A stretch of DNA of 31,172 nt from Gammaproteobacteria bacterium (GTDB lineage Bacteria; Pseudomonadota; Gammaproteobacteria; DSM-16500): the NCBI GenBank assembly GCA_009885665.1, contig VFKI01000155.1, forward strand, positions 1 through 31,172, in the 5' to 3' direction. The notes under the pieces are model-generated. The model did no database searches. It was not told where the DNA came from and saw only the letters and a list, made by a program, of their open reading frames with translations. This document shows positions 1 through 11,748 of this stretch, in pieces. Position numbers and translations under genes: made by a program. Every line of letters starts with the position of its first letter. The stretch's first letter is position 1.

Positions 1-102
1 CCTCGAAATACTTCAGTATTCCTGCGATTTTTCTTCTTCCGGTACGCTTATATCTGACACCACGCTGGGCGCAATCTGTCAAAGTTATTTATGCGCAGAG
101 CC
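1..102. repeat. End of a palindromic repeat element (family B), truncated by window start
   Basis: Hairpin AATAC-TTCA-GTATT (7-20) followed by CTGCG. The terminal 17-mer ATTTATGCGCAGAGCCT (87-103) recurs exactly at 10673-10689. Lies 12 nt beyond the DoxX stop. Confidence 0.5.
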
Positions 103-114
103 TAACTTCATCCA

Positions 115-879
115 CTACATCCACCAGCGAATAAGCGCCGGAATATTGAAGCGCTCTTTTAATAATTGATCAAACGAAAATTGTGGTGAGCGACAAACGG
201 CGAATGAGGCAATCATTACCATCCATAATACAGCAAACTCCCAGCCGCCACCGACATTTGCCCAAATAAATCCCAGCATAAAATGATGACCCAGCAAAGT
301 GGCGATGAGTAAATATAGCACTGTTAAGCTGGCGCCGAGACGTGTGAATAATCCGAAAGATAGCGCAATGGCGGCGCCAAACTCACAAAACCCTGCCAGC
401 CAAACAAAAAAATCGGCATGCGCGACGCCCAGGGAGATAAATGCTTGGACATCCACTAAATGCGGCGCGGATCCGGCAAACAATTTTTCAGTAAAATGGG
501 GTACAAAATTAAGGCCAAGATAGAGGCGAATAAAGACAAGTTGCCAGTCGTGCCAATTGCCCGTTTGGCGGGCGCAATAGAAAAAATTTACCAGCGCAGC
601 GAGAAAACCGCACAATAACAGCCAAGTGACGGGTGATACATCATAAATACACGCAATGCGCCAGGCGATCATCATGCCAAGCAAACTCGGCAAATAGCCC
701 CAAATAAAACTTTGATAACTCAATAAGCAAAATACGATAGACCAGGCCAGCCATGCCAACATAAAGAAATGTGCGATGCCAGGTATGTTAGTTGCGGGTT
801 GTATGATCGTTAGTATGGCTGCGGCGCTGAGCGCAAGCAAGTTCAGCGTCGTTAAAATAACATGGCCATGGCTTGTCAT
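115..879 (-). CDS. DoxX-family membrane protein with extra N-terminal transmembrane helices
   Basis: 254 aa, hydrophobic throughout. C-terminal half has DoxX-like motifs IRLYLGLNFVPHFTEKL, GFCEFGAAIALSFGLFTRLGA and GGGWEFAVLW. Confidence 0.8.
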   Translation of the reverse strand: MTSHGHVILTTLNLLALSAAAILTIIQPATNIPGIAHFFMLAWLAWSIVFCLLSYQSFIWGYLPSLLGMMIAWRIACIYDVSPVTWLLLCGFLAALVNFFYCARQTGNWHDWQLVFIRLYLGLNFVPHFTEKLFAGSAPHLVDVQAFISLGVAHADFFVWLAGFCEFGAAIALSFGLFTRLGASLTVLYLLIATLLGHHFMLGFIWANVGGGWEFAVLWMVMIASFAVCRSPQFSFDQLLKERFNIPALIRWWM

Positions 880-1019
880 AATGTATCCTCACTTTTAGCG
901 CTTTTTTGAGCATCTACGGTGGGTTGTCTCCTTATCCAGTATTGTCGATATATTTTTTTTTACACGCTTTTTAACAAAAAAATGGCAAACTGCCGAATAC
1001 TTTTTAATCTTGAGGCTTT

Positions 1020-1047
1020 TAACTAGTTGATTTATATCAATTTTTTA
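1020..1047. promoter_or_regulatory. Palindromic site: FNR/CRP-family box TTGAT-N4-ATCAA overlapping two inverted IHF consensus matches
   Basis: TTGAT-TTAT-ATCAA at 1027-1040. WATCAANNNNTTR matches at 1035-1047 (+) and 1020-1032 (-). About 150 bp upstream of the DoxX start. Confidence 0.5.
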
Positions 1048-1088
1048 TTTAGAAAACCGTTTGTCTGTGTGTTGGCAATCGAACGCTC

Positions 1089-1162
1089 AGCGCGCGCCAT
1101 TGGCGATACATGCTATATGACAATAAGCGCGCGTTATTGGCGATACATGCCATATGACAATG
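1089..1162. repeat. Tandem duplication, 2 x 37 bp
   Basis: AGCGCGCGCCATTGGCGATACATGCTATATGACAATA (1089-1125) and AGCGCGCGTTATTGGCGATACATGCCATATGACAATG (1126-1162), 33/37 identical, no spacer. Confidence 0.9.
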
Positions 1163-1187
1163 CCATATGGCTTATGGCTTCTTACGA

Positions 1188-1580
1188 CTAACGTGAAGAC
1201 GATGTCTCCTGCTTACCATGTACCAATAGCTCGATTGCCATCAATAATGCCGAATTATCGATCGGTTTTTCAAATGAAACGGCGGCACCTAGCGTTTCAG
1301 ATAAATCCAGATAACCAATCGGATCCAAGCGACCGCCACCCGAAATTGCGATGATATCCATGTCTGGATGTTTATTGCGGACTTCTGAAATTAAGGTGAT
1401 ACCACTTTTTTTGGGCATAATGATATCGGTAATCATGATGTCAGGATTGCTGGTTTTAAGCATTTCTGTCGCTTCGTCACCATTGTTGGCTGTTTGCACC
1501 TGGTGGGAGGCGCGTGTCAATATTTGCGCCAACATATCACGTACTAATTCATCATCTTCAACCAGCAGAATGTTTGCCAT
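1188..1580 (-). CDS. Single-domain (CheY-like) response regulator
   Basis: Starts [10 protein letters not shown], with phospho-acceptor ITDIIMP, ISGGG and the conserved FEKP. GGAG ribosome-binding site 7 nt upstream of the ATG at 1580; the ORF-track start at 1778 lies inside the kinase gene. Confidence 0.85.
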   Translation of the reverse strand: MANILLVEDDELVRDMLAQILTRASHQVQTANNGDEATEMLKTSNPDIMITDIIMPKKSGITLISEVRNKHPDMDIIAISGGGRLDPIGYLDLSETLGAAVSFEKPIDNSALLMAIELLVHGKQETSSSR

Positions 1581-2655
1581 CTGTATTCTCCATATATTCA
1601 GGTAAATATAAAGTAAAAGTTGCACCACTACCCGGTGTGCTGTTGACGGTGATTTCGCCCATATGCTCTTTAACAATAGAGTGAACAGTCGATAAGCCGA
1701 GGCCAGTGCCACGCCCAACTTCTTTAGTCGTAAAAAAAGGTTCGAAAATACGTTCGCGCGTCGCCGCATCCATGCCATGGCCGGTATCCATCAGACTGAT
1801 TTTATAATAATGCGTAGCGTCATTTAATTTGGAAAACCCATGTGCTTCAGGTGACGATGCGCCAATACGGTCTAGCTGGACGGTAATGTCACCTTCGCCA
1901 TCCATCGCATCCACGGCATTGGTTATCAAGTTAACAATGACTTGATGTAGCTGAGTTTGATTACCCAAAATAGTATAGTCATCGGCAATAGGTTTGTAAT
2001 GAATAATAACACTGGCCGGAATAGTGGGTTTTAATAATGCCATCGCACCTTCAATGGCTTCGCCAAGATGGATGGGTTTTAAATCTTGATGTTGGCGACG
2101 GCTGAAAGCCAGAATACGCGCGACTAAATCTTGGCCACGTCGTGCCGCGGTCAGTACTTTACCCAAATTTTTATACAGTGTCGTATCAGGTGCGGAATCT
2201 TGCTGTGCCATTTCGGCGTAGCCCATGATGGCATATAACAAATTATTGAAGTCATGCGCAATACCGCCTGCTAGCGTGCCGATGGCTTGTAATTTTTGTC
2301 CTTGCAATAAGGCTTTTTCTAATTGTTGCTGATTGGCTTCAGTTTGCAAGCGTTCTGATAATTCTTTTTCGAAATTTGCCGTCATGGTGATGAGTTCGGC
2401 GCGATGACGACGGCCGAATTGTATCAAAAAAACGATGATGAGCGCGCTCACGGTAATGCAGCTACTGATGAGGAGCTCGACGGTATGGTCGGGTATATTG
2501 GGAAATATAGGCAGCTGCGACATAAAAAAGCTTGCAGCAATAACACAGATGATAAGGGTAACCAGTAGGGGTCGCCACAGGCTGGGGAGCGTTGCAGATG
2601 TTTTTAATGCTGTGTTGTCCATATAAGGCTTTTCATCCTGGTTAATCGAGCGCAT
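1558..2655 (-). CDS. Membrane-bound sensor histidine kinase (HisKA + HATPase_c)
   Basis: Two N-terminal TM segments, H-box [12 protein letters not shown]-box [30 protein letters not shown]. Start could be 2655 or 2622. Confidence 0.88.
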   Translation of the reverse strand: MRSINQDEKPYMDNTALKTSATLPSLWRPLLVTLIICVIAASFFMSQLPIFPNIPDHTVELLISSCITVSALIIVFLIQFGRRHRAELITMTANFEKELSERLQTEANQQQLEKALLQGQKLQAIGTLAGGIAHDFNNLLYAIMGYAEMAQQDSAPDTTLYKNLGKVLTAARRGQDLVARILAFSRRQHQDLKPIHLGEAIEGAMALLKPTIPASVIIHYKPIADDYTILGNQTQLHQVIVNLITNAVDAMDGEGDITVQLDRIGASSPEAHGFSKLNDATHYYKISLMDTGHGMDAATRERIFEPFFTTKEVGRGTGLGLSTVHSIVKEHMGEITVNSTPGSGATFTLYLPEYMENTDGKHSAG

Positions 2656-2740
2656 TAATAGCTTAATCGATTCTAGGCGTTGAGGCTACCACTGTCTTTC
2701 ATATATACTCTTCGACTGATGACGATGGGGTGGAGATGGC

Positions 2741-5700
2741 ATGCAGCTGAAAAAGATTAAACTCGCAGGATTTAAATCCTTTGTGGATCCTGTCATAGTG
2801 CCGGTTGAAAGCCATTTGGTGGCGATTGTGGGGCCCAATGGTTGCGGTAAATCCAATCTCATTGATGCCGTTTGTTGGGTGATGGGCGAAAGCTCCGCCA
2901 AATATTTGCGCGGCGAATCGCTCACCGATGTGATTTTTAATGGCTCAAGCGCGCGTAAACCTGTGGGTCAAGCGTCAGTCGAGTTAATATTTGATAACAC
3001 GGATGGCAAGCTGGGTGGCGAATATGCTAACTATGCTGAAGTTTCCATCCGTCGCACGATCAATCGCGATAGTGAATCGGCTTGGTATTTAAATGGCAGC
3101 CGCTGTCGGCGTCGCGATATCATCGATATTTTTTTGGGTACGGGTCTCGGGCCACGCAGTTATTCTATCATTGGCCAAAATATGATTTCACGTTTAATCG
3201 AAGCCAAGCCGGAAGAATTGCGTAATTATCTAGAAGAAGCCGCTGGTATTTCCAAATATCGTGAACGGCGCCGTGAAACGGAAACGCGGATCCAACATAC
3301 ACGTGAAAATTTAGCGCGCCTCGATGATATTCGCACTGAACTCGAGCGTCAGTTGGTCACATTAAAGCGTCAATCCGATGCGGCAGAAAAATTTAAAGTA
3401 TTAAAACGCGACGAGCGCACCTTGCGCGCTATATCATTAGCATTACAATGGCGTCAGCTGGATGGACGACGCGTCGATGATTCTTTACAAATTCAACAAC
3501 AAGAAACGGGGTTGGAAGCTAAGCAGGCGGAAGCGACGGCATTATCACTGTCCATCGAACAATTGCGCGATCGTCAAATAGAAACCAATGAAGCATTTCA
3601 AGGCGTACAACGGCGTTTTTATGATGCGGGTAATCACATTACGCGCATTGAACAAGATATTCACCATACGCGTGAACGTCGCCGGCAATGGCAAACAGAC
3701 CTCGATCAAACGCAACGTGAATGTCAGCACGCCGAACAAAAATTGACAGAGGCCGTTGCCGATCTCGCACAATTAACCGCCTCTTGTCAGCAACTTTTGC
3801 CGCAACGTGCCGCAGCGGCTGAAGCGGCTGAAGCAGCTAAAGTTGCAGCCATAGCGGCTGAAACAGCGGTTGCGCAATGGCAAAATCAATGGGATACATT
3901 TAGTCGCGAAACGGCGAAAGCGAATGAAACGGCGCGCGTTGAGCAAACGCGTATTACCCAATTGGAACAACGTTTAGTCCAACTGGCCGAACGCGATACG
4001 CGTCTTGTTGATGACATTAACCAATTGTCTAGCGGTGAGCAAGGGGATGTACTTGCAGCGTTACAAAGTAAAGTGGATGCAGCGGCCGGTGAAGTCGAGC
4101 AACACACGGTAGCACTTGCCGCATTGCGTAATGAAATGCAGACGCTAGAACATACGCAGCAACAACGTAATCGCGATGCAAATGGCGTACGCGAACGGTT
4201 ACAAAAATTACGTGGCCAGCAAGCCTCATTAGAAGCTTTACAACAAACGGCTTTGGGACAACGTGACAATCGTGTGACGCGCTGGTTGGAAGGACAACAA
4301 TTAAATCAGCGGCCGCGTCTTGCTAAGGGGTTAAAAGTGGCGGCGGGTTGGGAAGACGTCGTTGAAAAAGTATTGGGGATTTGTTTGCAAGCTGTCTGTG
4401 TGGATGCGCTGGCGGATGTGTTACAACGCGCAGATACTTTTGCGCATGGTAGTTTATGTTTAGTCGATAAAAATAATGCGGCGCGCTTAATCGATACACA
4501 AATTAACGCGAAACCGTTAACAAGTATTATTCAATCTGATTGGCCATTAGCCAGTCTCATTGCGGGTATTTATATTGCAGAAACCTTAGATGAAGCGCAA
4601 TCACTTGTTGCAACGCTTGCGGCGCATGAATCCGTTATTACCCGTAGCGGTATTTGGTTGGGGCCTGGCTGGTTGAAAGTATTACGGGAAGATAATCCTG
4701 CCGCCGGTGTATTGCAGCGTGAACAAGAATTAGCAACGCTTGTGCAAGATGCGGCAAGCTTGACGCGTGAATTGCAAACCTTAGAAACAGCGATCAGCGA
4801 TGGGCGCCAACAACGCGAGCAATTGGAAAAACAACGCGATATACAGCAAGCGCAATTAAATGCAATGACGACGGCAGCGGCAGAAATACGCACGCAATTG
4901 AAAATGCGCGCGGCGCAACAAGCAGAATTGACAGCGCGTCACGCGCGCTTACACAATGAGCAAGCATCGATTGCGGCGCAAACGACAACGCTACATAACG
5001 AATTGGCCGTCGCGCGCGAAAAGTGGCAGGCAGCGTTAGCATTATTAGAAACGCAAACCCGCCAGCGTGATCAATTGACTGCGGCGCGTGATAGTGTACG
5101 TCAAGCCGCGCAAACTGAACGTCATACCGCCGATACAACACGTGAAGCGGCGCATCATCTTGCGTTGCAATTGCAGGCAGCGCAATCGCGCCAACAAATT
5201 TTGCAGCAATCACAAGCACATTTGCAGCGACAACTGACAACAGCGACAGAGCGTTTGTCCGCTTTACAGAGCGATGGGGCAACGCTGGCTGCGGTTGAAA
5301 CCCTGGAAACTGAATTAACGGCTGCATTAAACGCACGTATGCTGATTGAAAATGAATTAAATGCTGCGCGTATGGCGGTCGATGCGTGTACCCATGAAAT
5401 GCGTGAATTAGAAAATACCCGCCATGAAGTAGAAAATGAAGTCAATCGCATTCGAGATATTCTGCAAGCTTTACGCGTGGAAAGTGAAGGTTTGCGTATT
5501 CGCGTTGAAGGCATTATTCAACAATTTGCTGAAATTCAAATTCGGCTAGAAGATGTGTTAGCAGAATTGCCGGCAGATGCAACAGTTGAGGCGTGTCATG
5601 CACAATTGGAACAAGTTGGCCGGCGTATTGCGCGCTTAGGCCCGATTAATTTGGTCGCGATTGATGAATATGCTACGTGCAATGAACGCAAAGAATATCT

Positions 5701-6250
5701 AGACCATCAGCATGCTGATTTATTGGCGGGTTTATCGACGTTGGAAAATGCGATTGCCAAAATGGATAAGGAAACGCGTGCACGTTTTCGTGAAACTTTT
5801 GACGAAGTGAATATGCATTTTCAGGAATTATTTCCCACTATTTTTGGTGGGGGTAAAGCGTGGATGCAATTGGAAGGTGAGAATTTGCTGGATGCGGGTG
5901 TCACTATCATGGCGTGTCCGCCAGGCAAACGGAACAGCACCATTCATTTACTGTCGGGCGGTGAGAAAGCCATGACAGCAATTGCTTTGGTATTTTCTAT
6001 TTTTCATTTGAATCCAGCGCCCTTTTGTTTACTTGACGAAGTGGATGCGCCATTGGATGATGCGAATATCGGTCGTTTTTGTGACTTAGTGAAAAAAATG
6101 TCAGAAAAAACGCAGTTTATTTTTATCAGTCATAATAAATTAGCGATTGAAATGGGGGATCATTTGATGGGGGTTACCATGCATGAGCCTGGTGTATCCC
6201 GTCTCGTGAGTGTTAATGTAGAAGAGGCTGTCAGTCTCGCAAACGCATAG
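2741..6250 (+). CDS. smc: Chromosome segregation protein SMC
   Basis: 1169 aa. Walker A GPNGCGKSN, long coiled coils around a hinge, signature LSGGEKA, Walker B LLDEVDAPLD, H-loop ISH. Confidence 0.97.
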   Translation: MQLKKIKLAGFKSFVDPVIVPVESHLVAIVGPNGCGKSNLIDAVCWVMGESSAKYLRGESLTDVIFNGSSARKPVGQASVELIFDNTDGKLGGEYANYAEVSIRRTINRDSESAWYLNGSRCRRRDIIDIFLGTGLGPRSYSIIGQNMISRLIEAKPEELRNYLEEAAGISKYRERRRETETRIQHTRENLARLDDIRTELERQLVTLKRQSDAAEKFKVLKRDERTLRAISLALQWRQLDGRRVDDSLQIQQQETGLEAKQAEATALSLSIEQLRDRQIETNEAFQGVQRRFYDAGNHITRIEQDIHHTRERRRQWQTDLDQTQRECQHAEQKLTEAVADLAQLTASCQQLLPQRAAAAEAAEAAKVAAIAAETAVAQWQNQWDTFSRETAKANETARVEQTRITQLEQRLVQLAERDTRLVDDINQLSSGEQGDVLAALQSKVDAAAGEVEQHTVALAALRNEMQTLEHTQQQRNRDANGVRERLQKLRGQQASLEALQQTALGQRDNRVTRWLEGQQLNQRPRLAKGLKVAAGWEDVVEKVLGICLQAVCVDALADVLQRADTFAHGSLCLVDKNNAARLIDTQINAKPLTSIIQSDWPLASLIAGIYIAETLDEAQSLVATLAAHESVITRSGIWLGPGWLKVLREDNPAAGVLQREQELATLVQDAASLTRELQTLETAISDGRQQREQLEKQRDIQQAQLNAMTTAAAEIRTQLKMRAAQQAELTARHARLHNEQASIAAQTTTLHNELAVAREKWQAALALLETQTRQRDQLTAARDSVRQAAQTERHTADTTREAAHHLALQLQAAQSRQQILQQSQAHLQRQLTTATERLSALQSDGATLAAVETLETELTAALNARMLIENELNAARMAVDACTHEMRELENTRHEVENEVNRIRDILQALRVESEGLRIRVEGIIQQFAEIQIRLEDVLAELPADATVEACHAQLEQVGRRIARLGPINLVAIDEYATCNERKEYLDHQHADLLAGLSTLENAIAKMDKETRARFRETFDEVNMHFQELFPTIFGGGKAWMQLEGENLLDAGVTIMACPPGKRNSTIHLLSGGEKAMTAIALVFSIFHLNPAPFCLLDEVDAPLDDANIGRFCDLVKKMSEKTQFIFISHNKLAIEMGDHLMGVTMHEPGVSRLVSVNVEEAVSLANA

Positions 6251-6261
6251 GAGTTATAGAA

Positions 6262-8912
<2,651 letters not shown>

Positions 8913-8953
8913 AAACGGCCGCCTTTGGCCAAGCAAAAATAAGGTGTTTTTAA

Positions 8954-9502
8954 ATGCTTAAATTTTTATATGATTTTATTCCAGTGCTGTTATTTTTTGG
9001 CGCTTTCAAATTTTATGGCATTTATGTTGCGACCACGGTGGGCATCATTGCCACGGCTGTTCAAGTTGCGTTAACGTGGATATTAAAACGCCGTCCTGAT
9101 CATCAGCAACTCATCACGTTGGTGGTTTTCACGCTATTTGGTGGTTTGACGTTATATTTTCATAATCCTTTGTTCGTAAAATGGAAGCCCACGGTTATTT
9201 TTTGGATTTTTGCGGTGGCTTTTTTGGGCAGTCAATTCATTGGTAAAAAAAATTTGGTGCGCCGTATGCTTGAAAAAGGATTCGAAGGTCATGCCACGGA
9301 GCATTTGCCGTGGGGGCGTTTGAATTTGGTTTGGGTGGTGTTTTTTGCGTTATTAGGCGGTATTAATTTATTTGTTGCGTATCATTATCCCACTGATATC
9401 TGGGTGAATTTTAAGCTGTACGGTGTAATGGGTTTGTTGGTATTCTTTTGTTTCGGCCAAGCCATTTGGTTAGCACGTTATATGGAGCAAGACAAAAAGT
9501 GA
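8954..9502 (+). CDS. yciB: Inner-membrane septation protein A (YciB/IspZ)
   Basis: MLKFLYDFIPVLLFF, FVKWKPT, WVNFKLYG; 5 TM segments; 182 aa. Confidence 0.9.
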   Translation: MLKFLYDFIPVLLFFGAFKFYGIYVATTVGIIATAVQVALTWILKRRPDHQQLITLVVFTLFGGLTLYFHNPLFVKWKPTVIFWIFAVAFLGSQFIGKKNLVRRMLEKGFEGHATEHLPWGRLNLVWVVFFALLGGINLFVAYHYPTDIWVNFKLYGVMGLLVFFCFGQAIWLARYMEQDKK

Positions 9503-9762
9503 TGACGCCAGATGAACGTAAGACGCTGATGATGATGCGTTTGCAACACGCGTTTACGCCGAGCTATTTAGAGGTAATTGATGACAGCGCTGCGCATGCG
9601 GGTCATATCGGTGCTGCCGGCGGCGCGGGGCATTATCGTATCCTCATCACCGCAAGTCAGTTAAATCAACTTCCTCGTATTGCCGCACATCGTGCCGTGT
9701 ATGCCGTCTTCGCAGATTTAATCCCGCAGGAAATTCATGCGTTATCGATCAGTGTGGTTTAG
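9502..9762 (+). CDS. bolA: BolA-family protein
   Basis: LEVIDDSAAHAGH, HYRILI, RIAAHRAVY, EIHALSI. ATG overlaps the yciB stop (TGATG). Confidence 0.85.
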   Translation: MTPDERKTLMMMRLQHAFTPSYLEVIDDSAAHAGHIGAAGGAGHYRILITASQLNQLPRIAAHRAVYAVFADLIPQEIHALSISVV

Positions 9763-10589
9763 GCTGGGGTGAAGGCGGGAGGTGCTGAGCTGTTACTACT
9801 CACTAAATCTTCAGCGGAAGATGGTGGTGTAGGTTTGGGTTTTATACTAAAAAAACGAAAAATTGAGTTTTCGTTGGATGTAGATGCGAGAATGTTTTTC
9901 TCGTAGTGTGGATGCTGAGAATATTTTTTCACAACGCTGCCTGAAAGCGCTAATTTTCTCTCAATACTGATGGTTATTATTTTGTTAAAAGTATTTTGAA
10001 AACCAGCGCGCTCACGGCCTAAAACAACAAGGTCGGACTTTTGATCGCAGGCAGACATTTTTGTTAATGCGTTTAGTAGCGCTTTAACGACGTCCGGGTA
10101 TGGCGTTACATGCAATGTGAGCTGTTTTTCATTATCTGCGGTGAGCATCTTATTTTTGTTTAATAAGCTTTTTAATATACATAAATTTAGCAAATCACTG
10201 CAAATTGATAACGCTTCTATTGCCTTTATTGCGGCGTCTTCTTTTGCTTCAAACTGTTTATTGCTCCATGCGCCGCTCTCTCCTTTGCTGATAAATTGAT
10301 TGAAAACGGAAACTGTAGCCACCCATACATTCTTGCTTACTTCTTTTAGCTCATACGGATTGCCGAGGCCAGCTCCGAGGTAGAATTTGCTTAAAGAAGC
10401 CGAAATATTCGTACCGTCCTTATAAGGTATACTAAATACAAATCTCTCTACTTCTCTATTGGAAGCAAAATCATCACTAGTATCAAAAAACGCATCATCC
10501 TCATCATCTTCTTCTTTCCCTTCTTCCACTACCGCTGTCGATAAAGAAAGCGTCGTTTTCTCTTTTTCTTCCTGCGGACTTGGTGTCAT
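9759..10589 (-). CDS. Hypothetical protein (orphan, acidic N-terminus, Ser/Pro-rich C-terminus)
   Basis: 276-aa ORF with GAGG ribosome-binding site; more AT-rich than neighbours; no recognisable motif. Stop overlaps the bolA stop. Confidence 0.75.
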   Translation of the reverse strand: MTPSPQEEKEKTTLSLSTAVVEEGKEEDDEDDAFFDTSDDFASNREVERFVFSIPYKDGTNISASLSKFYLGAGLGNPYELKEVSKNVWVATVSVFNQFISKGESGAWSNKQFEAKEDAAIKAIEALSICSDLLNLCILKSLLNKNKMLTADNEKQLTLHVTPYPDVVKALLNALTKMSACDQKSDLVVLGRERAGFQNTFNKIITISIERKLALSGSVVKKYSQHPHYEKNILASTSNENSIFRFFSIKPKPTPPSSAEDLVSSNSSAPPAFTPA

Positions 10590-10607
10590 TTTTACCTCAT
10601 TAGAAAC

Positions 10608-10701
10608 GTATCTACTACAAAAGATAGGGTAGGGGAACTGATCAATCGATTGAATGTGAGCTATTTCAATTCATTTATGCGCAGAGCCTTATCTGAGATA
10701 C
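10608..10701 (+). mobile_element. Chimeric copy of the family A MITE-like element
   Basis: Left 33 bp GTATCTACTACAAAAGATAGGGTAGGGGAACTG match family A. The interior is unrelated to family A and ends in the family B 17-mer. Right end GAGATAC (10695-10701). Flanks TTAGAAAC / TATAGAAAC. Confidence 0.75.
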
Positions 10702-10746
10702 TATAGAAACGTTGCGTTCTAATGTCCTCAGCAGCTTGATGATTTT

Positions 10747-11658
10747 TTAGCCTAGACTAACGTTATCGGTATAAATCGCTAATTCTTCCGCCGTCAATAA
10801 AAATACGCCGCCGCCACCCCGTGCAAATTCCAGCCAAGTAAACGGCACATCGGGCAGCGCTTCTGCCAGTGCCTCTTCGCTATTACCTACTTCGACTATC
10901 AATAAACCGTCGGCTGCAAGGTGTTTGCTGGCATGACGTAAAATTTGTAACACGATATCCAAACCCGCGACACCCGCTGCTAATCCTAAAGCAGGCTCAT
11001 GATGATATTCAGCAGGAAGTTCCGCCATTTCAGCTTCATTGACATAAGGGGGATTACTGATAATTAAATCATATTTTTTCGGTGGTATATTTTCAAATAA
11101 ACTCGATTTAATTAAATGCACACGATCCGCGACGCTATGACGGTTGAGATTAATTTTAGCGACAGCGAGTGCATCAGTCGAAATGTCACTGGCATCAACT
11201 TCCGCCTCTGGAAAATACTGTGCGGCGGCAATGGCAATACAGCCACTGCCGGTACATAAATCCAGTATGTGATGAACCTCTCGCTCGCCTAGCCAAGGTT
11301 GACATTGGTTTTCAATCAATTCGGCAAGGGGTGAGCGCGGCACCAATACACGCTCATCCACATAAAATGATAGCCCGGCAAACCAAGCTTCATGGGTGAG
11401 GTAGGGAAGGGGAACGCGGTCACGTACGCGCCGTTCAATTAAGTTATAAAGTGCATCACACTCACTGTGCGTCAAGCGTGCATCCAGCACATCACGAAAG
11501 ATATCATGCGGCAAATGCAAGGTGTGCAATATAAGCGCAGCGGCTTCATCCCAAGCATTATCCGTGCCATGACCATAATAAAGTCCAGCTTCATTGAAGC
11601 GACTGACCGCCCAGCGCAGAAAGTCACGTAAAGTCAAGAGTTCAGAAATTTCTTTCAT
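10747..11658 (-). CDS. prmB: 50S ribosomal protein L3 N(5)-glutamine methyltransferase
   Basis: YYGHGTDNAWDEA, RVPLPYLTHEAWF, VDERVLVPRSP, ILDLCTGSGCIA, IISNPPYV. Confidence 0.93.
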   Translation of the reverse strand: MKEISELLTLRDFLRWAVSRFNEAGLYYGHGTDNAWDEAAALILHTLHLPHDIFRDVLDARLTHSECDALYNLIERRVRDRVPLPYLTHEAWFAGLSFYVDERVLVPRSPLAELIENQCQPWLGEREVHHILDLCTGSGCIAIAAAQYFPEAEVDASDISTDALAVAKINLNRHSVADRVHLIKSSLFENIPPKKYDLIISNPPYVNEAEMAELPAEYHHEPALGLAAGVAGLDIVLQILRHASKHLAADGLLIVEVGNSEEALAEALPDVPFTWLEFARGGGGVFLLTAEELAIYTDNVSLG

Positions 11659-11748
11659 ATCGATTATCCAGATGCAATGTTGGCTAAGAATACTATATAA
11701 TCGACCCCCTTTGCTATGCCGTTACCACAATTGCCCTTGAGGATTTTT

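Noticed and set aside
1089-1162. CRISPR array (also considered for 20671-20716 and family A)
   Set aside because: Units are directly adjacent without unique spacers or are dispersed over kilobases; no cas genes.
2741-6250. parS sites near smc
   Set aside because: Only partial CACGTGAA matches; no full 16-bp palindrome seen.
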